A stretch of DNA of 64,000 bases from Auanema rhodensis (Eukaryota; Animalia; Nematoda): assembly GCA_964057225.1 (NCBI GenBank), contig OZ059895.1:1426001-1490000 (forward strand), given 5' to 3'. Both the position numbers and the translations under genes were made by a program. Positions 1 to 8,647 of this stretch are shown piece by piece; the first letter of the stretch is position 1, and every line of letters begins with the position of its first letter. The notes under the pieces were generated by a model that worked only from the letters and a program-made list of their open reading frames with translations, ran no database searches and was not told where the DNA came from.

Positions 1-3000
1 CTGCGTCGATCTGTGTTATCAGATTTGCGCTAGCTTAAAAATGCACCGAGATATCAACTGATATAAGTTCACACTTATATCCTCGATTTTCACCCTGAAG
101 AATTAATTTTTTCGTTGAATAACATTGTCCATCCTCTTTGCCTTGAAAAAAAGAATCTAAAAACATCTACTTTTTGCTAAATTATTTTGAAATTTTTTGA
201 AAAAATTTTTGTCAAAATGTTTTTGGAAGCAATGTTGAGTGTACATGGAAACTCAACATACACTAATGCATCATTTTTCAAACGATCATAATTAATTTTT
301 GTATTAAGCGTTTCTCAACTTAGTATAGTGCATTCGATGCGGATTTTTAAGCTGCGTCGATCTGTGTTATCAGATTTGCGCTAGCTTAAAAATGCACCGA
401 GATATCAACTGATATAAGTTCACACTTATATCCTCGATTTTCACCCTGAAGAATTAATTTTTTCGTTGAATAACATTGTCCATCGTCTTTGCCTTGAAAA
501 AAGGAATCTGAAAACATCTACTTTTTGCTAAATTATTTTGAAATTTTTCGAAAAAATTTTTGTCAAAATGTTTTTGGAAGCAATGTTGAGTGTACATGGA
601 AACTCAACATACACTAATGCATCATTTTTCAAACGATCATAACTAATTTTTGTATTAAGCGTTTCTCAATGTAGTATAGTGCATTCGATGCGGATTTTTA
701 AGCTGCGTCGTTCTGTGTTATCAGATTTGCGCTAGCTTAAAAATGCACCGAGATATCAACTGATATAAGTTCACACTTATATCCTCGATTTTCACCCTGA
801 AGAATTAATTTTTTCGTTGAATAACATTGTCCATCGTCTTTGCCTTGAAAAAAAGAATCTAAAAACATCTACTTTTTGCTAAATTATTTTGAAATTTTTC
901 GAAAAAATTTTTGTCAAAATGTTTTTGGAAGCAATGTTGAGTGTACATGGAAACTCAACATACACTAATGCATCATTTTTCAAACGATCATAATTAATTT
1001 TTGTATTAAGCGTTTCTCAATGTAGTATAGTGCATTCGATGCGGATTTTTAAGCTGCGTCGTTCTGTGTTATCAGATTTGCGCTAGCTTGAAAATGCACC
1101 GAGATATCAACTGATATAAGTTCACACATATATCCTCGATTTTCACCCTGAAGAATTAATTTTTTCGTTGAATAACATTGTCCATCGTCTTTGCCTTGAA
1201 AAAAAGAATCTAAAAACATCTACTTTTTGCTAAATTATTTTGAAATTTTTCGAAAAAATTTTTGTCAAAATGTTTTTGGAAGCAATGTTGAGTGTACATG
1301 GAAACTCAACATACACTAATGCATCATTTTTCAAACGATCATAATTAATTTTTGTATTAAGCGTTTTTCAATGTAGTATAGTGCATTCGATGCGGATTTT
1401 TAAGCTGCGTCGATCTGTGTTATCAGATTTGCGCTAGCTTAAAAATGCACCGAGATATCAACTGATATAAGTTCACACTTATATCCTCGATTTTCACCCT
1501 GAAGAATTAATTTTTTCGTTGAATAACATTGTCCATCGTCTTTGCCTTGAAAAAAGGAATCTAAAAACATCTACTTTCTGCTAAATTATCTTGAAATTTT
1601 TCGAAAAAATTTTTGTCAAAATGTTTTTGGAAGCAATGTTGAGTGTACATGGAAACTCAACATACACTAATGCATCATTTTTCAAACGATCATAATTAAT
1701 TTTTGTATTAAGCGTTTCTCAATGTAGTATAGTGCATTCGATGCGGATTTTTAAGCTGCGTCGATCTGTGTTATCAGATTTGCGAAAGCTTAAAAATGCA
1801 CCGAGATATCAACTGATATAAGTTCACACTTATATCCTCGATTTTCACCCTGAAGAATTAATTTTTTCGTTGAATAACATTGTCCATCGTCTTTGCCTTG
1901 AAAAAAAGAATCTAAAAACATCTACTTTTTGCTAAATTATTTTGAAATTTTTCGAAAAAATTTTTGTCAAAATGTTTTTGGAAGCAATGTTGAGTGTACA
2001 TGGAAACTCAACATACACTAATGCATCATTTTTCAAACGATCATAATTAATTTTTGTATTAAGCGTTTCTCAATGTAGTATAGTGCATTCGATGCGGATT
2101 TTTAAGCTGCGTCGTTCTGTGTTATCAGATTTGCGCTAGCTTGAAAATGCACCGAGATATCAACTGATATAAGTTCACACATATATCCTCGATTTTCACC
2201 CTGAAGAATTAATTTTTTCGTTGAATAACATTGTCCATCGTCTTTGCCTTGAAAAAAAGAATCTAAAAACATCTACTTTTTGCTAAATTATTTTGAAATT
2301 TTTCGAAAAAATTTTTGTCAAAATGTTTTTGGAAGCAATGTTGAGTGTACATGGAAACTCAACATACACTAATGCATCATTTTTCAAACGATCATAATTA
2401 ATTTTTGTATTAAGCGTTTCTCAATGTAGTATAGTGCATTCGATGCGAATTTTTAAGCTGCGTCGATCTGTGTTATCAGATTTGCGCTAGCTTAAAAATG
2501 CACCGAGATATCAACTGATATAAGTTCACACTTATATCCTCGATTTTCACCCTGAAGAATTAATTTTTTCGTTGAATAACATTGTCCATCGTCTTTGCCT
2601 TGAAAAAAGGAATCTAAAAACATCTACTTTCTGCTAAATTATCTTGAAATTTTTCGAAAAAATTTTTGTCAAAATGTTTTTGGAAGCAATGTTGAGTGTA
2701 CATGGAAACTCAACATACACTAATGCATCATTTTTCAAACGATCATAATTAATTTTTGTATTAAGCGTTTCTCAATGTAGTATAATGCATTCGATGCGGA
2801 TTTTTAAGCTGCGTCGATCTGTGTTATCAGATTTGCGCTAGCTTAAAAATGCACCGAGATATCAACTGATATAAGTTCACACTTATATCCTCGATTTTCA
2901 CCCCGAAGAATTAATTTTTTCGTTGAATAACATTGTCCATCGTCTTTGCCTTGAAAAAAAGAATCTAAAAACATCTACTTTTTGCTAAATTATTTTGAAA

Positions 3001-4335
3001 TTTTTCGAAAAAATTTTTGTCAAAATGTTTTTGGAAGCAATGTTGAGTGTACATGGAAACTCAACATACACTAATGCATCATTTTTCAAACGATCATAAT
3101 TAATTTTTGTATTAAGCCTTTCTCAATGTAGTATAGTGCAATCGATGCGGATTTTTAAGCTGCGTCGATCTGTGTTATCAGATTTGCGCTAGCTTAAAAA
3201 TGCACCGAGATATCAACTGATATAAGTTCACACTTATATCCTCGATTTTCACCCTGAAGAATTAATTTTTTCGTTGAATAACATTGTCCATCGTCTTTGC
3301 CTTGAAAAAAGGAATCTGAAAACATCTACTTTTTGCTAAATTATTTTGAAATTTTTCGAAAAAATTTTTGTCAAAATGTTTTTGGAAGCAATGTTGAGTG
3401 TACATGGAAACTCAACATACACTAATGCATCATTTTTCAAACGATCATAACTAATTTTTGTATTAAGCGTTTCTCAATGTAGTATAGTGCATTCGATGCG
3501 GATTTTTAAGCTGCGTCGTTCTGTGTTATCAGATTTGCGCTAGCTTAAAAATGCACCGAGATATCAACTGATATAAGTTCACACTTATATCCTCGATTTT
3601 CACCCTGAAGAATTAATTTTTTCGTTGAAGAACATTGTCCATCGTCTTTGCCTTGAAAAAAAGAATCTAAAAACATCTACTTTTTGCTAAATTATTTTGA
3701 AATTTTTCGAAAAAATTTTTGTCAAAATGTTTTTGGAAGCAATGTTGAGTGTACATGGAAACTCAACATACACTAATGCATCATTTTTCAAACGATCATA
3801 ATTAATTTTTGTATTAAGCGTTTCTCAATGTAGTATAGTGCATTCGATGCGGATTTTTAAGCTGCGTCGATCTGTGTTATCAGATTTGCGCTAGCTTAAA
3901 AATTCACCGAGATATCAACTGATATAAGTTCACACTTATATCCTCGATTTTCACCCTGAAGAATTAATTTTTTCGTTGAATAACATTGTCCATCGTCTTT
4001 GCCTTGAAAAAAGGAATCTAAAAACATCTACTTTCTGCTAAATTATCTTGAAATTTTTCGAAAAAATTTTTGTCAAAATGTTTTTGGAAGCAATGTTGAG
4101 TGTACATGGAAACTCAACATACACTAATGCATCATTTTTCAAACGATCATAATTAATTTTTGTATTAAGCGTTTCTCAATGTAGTATAGTGCATTCGATG
4201 CGAATTTTTAAGCTGCGTCGATCTGTGTTATCAGATTTGCGCTAGCTTAAAAATGCACCGAGATATCAACTGATATAAGTTCACACTTATATCCTCGATT
4301 TTCACCCTGAAGAACTAATTTTTTCGTTGAATAAC
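1..4335 (+). repeat. 351-bp tandem satellite, block 1 (~12.3 monomers; continues beyond the window start)
   Basis: CTGCGTCGATCTGTG recurs at 1, 352, 703... (period 351). Monomers differ at only a few positions. Confidence 0.99.
4332..4335 (+). other. Left target-site duplication TAAC (right copy 8648-8651)
   Basis: The uninterrupted monomer reads GAATAAC-ATTGTCC. Here it reads GAATAAC-[TGTCAAG...TTTGATT]-TAAC-ATTGTCC. Confidence 0.9.
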
Positions 4336-4715
4336 TGTCAAGAATATGGCTATAGATACTAAAATGAATAGTATAAATAAAGATAAATATATAATATAAT
4401 TTATATAAAATATTAAGATAACAATTATTCATGAAAAAATTAAATAAAATGAATAATTTGAATAAAATGACCCATTGATAAAACAATCCATAGTAATCGC
4501 GCTCCATTTAGAGATTGTTGGTAAACAGTGAACTGTTGATAATCAACTACCGTAATCTGATTAAAACAATATTTAGTTGTTTTTTGTCCTAAAATTATTG
4601 TGATAAGGAATTTTTTTATATTTTTTTCAGTTTGGAATTTTCTCTTGAATTTTTTTGTATTTTTTTTTTGTTTTTTTAAATAAATCTTTTTCTTTTTATT
4701 TTTCGTTCTTTGATT
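4336..4715 (+). repeat. 5' LTR (380 bp, TGTCAAG...TTTGATT)
   Basis: Matches 8268-8647 with no difference seen by eye. Followed immediately by the PBS. Confidence 0.95.
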
Positions 4716-4730
4716 TGGGGGCCGAACCGG
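4716..4730 (+). promoter_or_regulatory. Primer-binding site complementary to the 3' end of tRNA-Pro
   Basis: TGGGGGCCGAACCGG abuts the LTR. It is the reverse complement of ...CCGGUUCGGCCC-CCA, which I recall as the nematode-type tRNA-Pro 3' end. The vertebrate/insect type would give TGGGGGCTCGTCCGG. Confidence 0.85.
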
Positions 4731-5144
4731 TCTTCACTATTTTATTGTTTGGGTTGAGCTAATTGCTCATATAACCCTGTTTGAAAGCTCGAATAGAGTT
4801 TGGTGAAAAAGTCACTGCTACCTGAATAGGGTTCTGTTTGTATTCATTCAATTTTGTTTGGTATTTGCCGAATAAAAGTGAAGTTTACAGAACAATTATC
4901 ATTTGACAGTGTTGGTAACAACAGTGTCTCTTGGTATATTGTTGTACGGTTGTTTTTGGTTAAAGTGTTTTCTTTTAAACACTTTTTCTGATTTCTTCCG
5001 CTGTGAACTACATTCAGAACTTGGGTAGTAGTAACTAATATCAAGTAAATTCAATTTTCTTGATATAAGTGCTTGTTTGATTCTTTCAAATAGCAATAAA
5101 TTAGTAGAGGAATTTCTAGTAATTTTTTTTCATTGATAGGTGAA

Positions 5145-8126
5145 ATGTCATTTGTGAATGAATTGCTCGATATGGACTTCGAGAGCGCATTTGAAGAGGT
5201 AATGTTGAATTCATTCATCTCTGAAATATTATCGGCTATTGAGCCGTTGAATGATTGTTTACGTAAAGATTTTACGGAAAAAATCAGAAATTCTGCTGAG
5301 AAAAGGAGAGCAGAGCAGAAAGTTGCTAATTTGATAAACTCAATGAAGCAAAATTTAGCTAGTGAATTGCGAAAAGGGCAAAATTGGAGATTTATCCAGT
5401 CCATTATTACAGTAATGAACAAGAGTGGGCTCAAAAAGCCTTCAGAGTTGGGTAATACTCTGAAGTTAGCTGATAAACGAGCGGAAACAACTAAATTCAT
5501 TTGTGAGATTTTCCAACTCAATGAAAGTGAGATAGTGGACGAGATGAGGGCCATTAATAGTACTATGAAAGATTTATGCGATTTTTTCAAATGTGATAAG
5601 AAATCTTTGAAGCATGAAATATTTAATAGTTTTAATTTGCAGAGATCAGCAGCTATCGAGAGCCAAGCGCAATTAGCTATGGCGGATATGATGATTGATG
5701 ACAAAGCAGCAGGTAAAATAGAAGAGGAAAATTCTGAAATTGAATATATTTTACAGTTGCATCGACAGAAGGAGTTAAGAACAACTCAGAAATGGTTGAC
5801 GGATGTTCAACAGGAACAGAAAAAAGAGGGATTAGACTCCAAGGGTGAGTCATCTTTGCCTTTAAATGGACTCAGCGCGCAGAATGAAGCGTTTTTGGAC
5901 ATAATGCGAGCGCAATTGCTGCCTGATGTTCCAAGTTTTTCGAGTGGGTCGTTCGAGAAATGGAACCATTTTGTAGAAGGGTTTCACCTGAAATACCCAA
6001 AAAGCACGTTGTCGGCAAGCGGCCGCAGAACGCTGTTTGTAGAAAAATTAAGAGGAGAGGCGAGAGATAGGTATGATGAGTTGCCTGAAATAATCAGAAA
6101 CAGTTCGCTCGACAAAATAATAGAGGAACTGAATAAGCAACATGAGTATTCTAAGAGAGCAAGTAGGTTAGATGCCATAGCTGCTCTTAAATCTTTGAAG
6201 TTTGACAACAATAGCAATCTAATAAGCTTTTGTAAGAAACTAGAAGAAACTTCTAGGAAGGCTTACCCCGGATTGTCTATGTCAAAGTTATCGTTCACAA
6301 GAGCTCAAGTCTTGTATGAGGTACTCAGAGAATGTACTTGTGCATTACAAGTACTTGAGACAATAGAGACTAGTGAAGAAGGGGAGGTGTATGAGAAGGT
6401 GAAAGAGGTCGCTTTACGTTGTGAAAGAAATAAGCGCATTCACTACAATCAGCATAGAAAGGACAGAATACCTGAAGTAAACCTGCCCAGGCTGAGATTT
6501 TTGAAGCAGAATAATACTGCTAGTGGTCAACACATGACCAATCGTGACAGTAACGTAACTGAAAAGGTTTGTAATTTTCCACAGAGAAAAGAAGTTATTT
6601 GTTACATATGTAACAGAAGTGGTCATATAGCAACACATTGTGCTGAAAGAAAACGACCATCAGACAATTCTAAAAGAATTGAACAAGAACAGAACAATAT
6701 GGGTTCTGTTATGAATAAGCAAGCTGTTGCATGGAACAAAACTATCAAAACATGCAACAATAGCTATGATGCAAAATTGATTGGTGAGCAGAGTTTACTA
6801 CCTATGTTAATCTGCAGCATGAGAAATAAAAAAGTTCTTATTGACACGGGATCGCAAATATCAGTGATGTCGTCACAAGCTCTAGTTAATTTGATGAATG
6901 AAGGGGTTGACTTAGATAGAAGTGTAACTCAACTTCCTTGGAATGGAGATAAGTTCATAGCGAATGCCTCGGGTACGCGAATGAATTTTGTTGGAGCAAT
7001 AAGCTGTGAAGTTTATTGCGCAGAAAGTAAAAAAACTGCACAAGTATGTTTTTTGGTGAGAAAAAGTAGAGATGATTCTATACTTATTGGTACGAATGCC
7101 CTGAAAGATTTGGGCATATCTTTGAAGTTTTATAAAAAAGAGGCCATAGCCTTACAGAGAGTTTATATACCTGCGAATAAAAGTAGAACGTTACAAATCT
7201 CATGTGACGAGCAGAAAGATAGCTTACTGGTATCCCATAGGAGTGATATACCCACGGGAATATGTAAAGTGGACACCAATAGTTCCACTACAGTGATTGT
7301 GGCTAACATAACATGCCAGCCAACCACGATAAAAAAAGAGATTGTCGGTAAATGGGAGTCCGAGAATTGGACTGAAAAGCTGACTGCACTGAATGACGAA
7401 TTGAAAACCGAATCAATTGATGTGTTAGAGATGCGTATGTTAGATCAATACACTAAACCAACAGATCCGGTTGGAAGAGCAGAAAAAGTCATTGCTGTCT
7501 TAGAAGAGAAAAGTGGTGTAACCTTTGATCCAAAGGTCAAGGACCTTTTAGAAGAATATTCATCGATATTTGCGTTGGTTGATGCTGATCTGCAGCAAAC
7601 AAATATTGTCACTATGAATATTGATACGGGAGATGCGAGTCCTATTCGTCAAAAAGTACGACCAGTGCCGTTTGGTATGAAAAATGAGTTTAGAGGTATT
7701 ATAAAAGACCAATTACAAAGAGGGGTTATAGAACCTAGACAAAGCGCATGGGCAAGCCCTGTAGTCTCAGTAGAGAAAAAAGACAAATCTATCAGACTCT
7801 GTATAGATTATAGAGAACAGTACATAGGGTGTCGAGGAGACGATCTTGCGCTTGTTACTAATTACTGGTTTGCCGGTGGGCCGTTACCATATCAGAAATC
7901 TTCTGATCGTATTTTGTTTGAGCATGTAAAAAGTTTTTTTGCAATGCTACAAAAAAAAATGCTATCTGTGGGTGTCGCATCTATGCTAAATAGAATTGAA
8001 AGGCGGAAACAAAAGCCAGCGACAAATATAAAGCCATATGAGAAATTCTCTTATAAGAAGAATTCCGCGAATTTGCACAAAACCCATAAGCCTCAACAAC
8101 AGTTTAAAAAACAGCACCATAACTAA
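5145..8126 (+). CDS. gag-pol: Gag-protease-truncated RT polyprotein, 993 aa from the ATG at 5145 (the ORF track starts at an upstream TTG, 5133)
   Basis: Capsid-like segment LPDVPSFS...LRGEARDRY, CCHC knuckle, protease LIDTGS and ILIGTNAL, and RT N-terminus SPIRQK...WASPVV..EKKDKSIRLCIDYR. No stops or frameshifts. No YxDD, RNase H or integrase motifs. Confidence 0.93.
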   Translation: MSFVNELLDMDFESAFEEVMLNSFISEILSAIEPLNDCLRKDFTEKIRNSAEKRRAEQKVANLINSMKQNLASELRKGQNWRFIQSIITVMNKSGLKKPSELGNTLKLADKRAETTKFICEIFQLNESEIVDEMRAINSTMKDLCDFFKCDKKSLKHEIFNSFNLQRSAAIESQAQLAMADMMIDDKAAGKIEEENSEIEYILQLHRQKELRTTQKWLTDVQQEQKKEGLDSKGESSLPLNGLSAQNEAFLDIMRAQLLPDVPSFSSGSFEKWNHFVEGFHLKYPKSTLSASGRRTLFVEKLRGEARDRYDELPEIIRNSSLDKIIEELNKQHEYSKRASRLDAIAALKSLKFDNNSNLISFCKKLEETSRKAYPGLSMSKLSFTRAQVLYEVLRECTCALQVLETIETSEEGEVYEKVKEVALRCERNKRIHYNQHRKDRIPEVNLPRLRFLKQNNTASGQHMTNRDSNVTEKVCNFPQRKEVICYICNRSGHIATHCAERKRPSDNSKRIEQEQNNMGSVMNKQAVAWNKTIKTCNNSYDAKLIGEQSLLPMLICSMRNKKVLIDTGSQISVMSSQALVNLMNEGVDLDRSVTQLPWNGDKFIANASGTRMNFVGAISCEVYCAESKKTAQVCFLVRKSRDDSILIGTNALKDLGISLKFYKKEAIALQRVYIPANKSRTLQISCDEQKDSLLVSHRSDIPTGICKVDTNSSTTVIVANITCQPTTIKKEIVGKWESENWTEKLTALNDELKTESIDVLEMRMLDQYTKPTDPVGRAEKVIAVLEEKSGVTFDPKVKDLLEEYSSIFALVDADLQQTNIVTMNIDTGDASPIRQKVRPVPFGMKNEFRGIIKDQLQRGVIEPRQSAWASPVVSVEKKDKSIRLCIDYREQYIGCRGDDLALVTNYWFAGGPLPYQKSSDRILFEHVKSFFAMLQKKMLSVGVASMLNRIERRKQKPATNIKPYEKFSYKKNSANLHKTHKPQQQFKKQHHN
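6600..6641 (+). other. Gag nucleocapsid zinc knuckle
   Basis: CYICNRSGHIATHC fits C-x2-C-x4-H-x4-C. Confidence 0.95.
6790..7125 (+). other. Retropepsin aspartic protease domain (approximate limits)
   Basis: VLIDTGSQISVM (catalytic Asp codon 6843-6845), flap-like IANASG, C-terminal ILIGTNALKDLG. Confidence 0.9.
7560..7817 (+). pseudogene. N-terminal fragment of a Gypsy reverse transcriptase
   Basis: IDTGDASPIRQKVRPVP...GVIEPRQSAWASPVVSVEKKDKSIRLCIDYRE. The expected continuation (LN...D...LP, D..SG/AF.Q, MPFGL, YxDD) is absent. Confidence 0.9.
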
Positions 8127-8234
8127 TTTCTTGTTGAAATTTGAATTTTCTCATGTATGTTGTAAATGTTTATTTTTATTGTTGTTTTTAATGAAACTGT
8201 TAAACTATTGAATAAATAGTAATAAGAAGAATTT

Positions 8235-8267
8235 TTTCTCGGGACGAGAAATTTGAGAGGCCGGGGA
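8235..8267 (+). promoter_or_regulatory. Small hairpin plus polypurine tract before the 3' LTR
   Basis: TTTCTCG-GGA-CGAGAAA (8235-8251), then GAGAGGCCGGGGA (8255-8267) abutting the TG of the LTR. Confidence 0.8.
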
Positions 8268-8647
8268 TGTCAAGAATATGGCTATAGATACTAAAATGAA
8301 TAGTATAAATAAAGATAAATATATAATATAATTTATATAAAATATTAAGATAACAATTATTCATGAAAAAATTAAATAAAATGAATAATTTGAATAAAAT
8401 GACCCATTGATAAAACAATCCATAGTAATCGCGCTCCATTTAGAGATTGTTGGTAAACAGTGAACTGTTGATAATCAACTACCGTAATCTGATTAAAACA
8501 ATATTTAGTTGTTTTTTGTCCTAAAATTATTGTGATAAGGAATTTTTTTATATTTTTTTCAGTTTGGAATTTTCTCTTGAATTTTTTTGTATTTTTTTTT
8601 TGTTTTTTTAAATAAATCTTTTTCTTTTTATTTTTCGTTCTTTGATT
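8268..8647 (+). repeat. 3' LTR (380 bp)
   Basis: Direct repeat of 4336-4715, followed by TAAC and then resumed satellite. Confidence 0.95.
8611..8616 (+). terminator. Probable polyadenylation signal AATAAA in the LTR (5' copy 4679-4684)
   Basis: AATAAA lies 31 nt before the LTR end, flanked by T-rich sequence. The LTR is AT-rich and has other AATAAA copies, so position is the main argument. Confidence 0.55.

Larger units (their letters stand above)
4336..8647 (+). mobile_element. Ty3/Gypsy (Cer-like) LTR retrotransposon, internally deleted and non-autonomous, 4312 bp, inserted in the satellite
   Basis: Two 380-bp direct repeats, a PBS, a PPT, a 4-bp TSD and a Gag-CCHC-protease-partial RT ORF in Gypsy domain order (RT follows PR). 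Confidence 0.96.

Noticed and set aside
90-99. CAGGGTG (minus strand) as a Tc1/mariner-type terminus
   Set aside because: Only 7 bp, not preceded by TA, with no partner inverted terminus in the monomer.
1-351. Monomer as a tandem tRNA, 5S, SL or snRNA gene
   Set aside because: No cloverleaf or B-box, no 5S or SL1 leader sequence recognised, and AATTTTTGT only loosely resembles an Sm site. An Rfam search would settle it.
1-351. Monomer as an ancient dimer of ~175-bp subunits
   Set aside because: Only an AATTAATTTTT match (about 101 vs 290, offset 189) was visible. There is no extended internal similarity by eye.
4247-5096. Short minus-strand ORFs over the LTR and leader (also 8200-8653)
   Set aside because: Low-complexity translations of AT-rich LTR sequence that run across element boundaries.
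5051-6638. Minus-strand ORFs of 217, 77 and 74 aa
   Set aside because: Antisense shadows of the gag frame with no motifs.
5145-8126. Domesticated host gag gene or autonomous element
   Set aside because: Identical LTRs and an intact TSD indicate a recent insertion. The lack of RT core, RNase H and integrase rules out autonomy.
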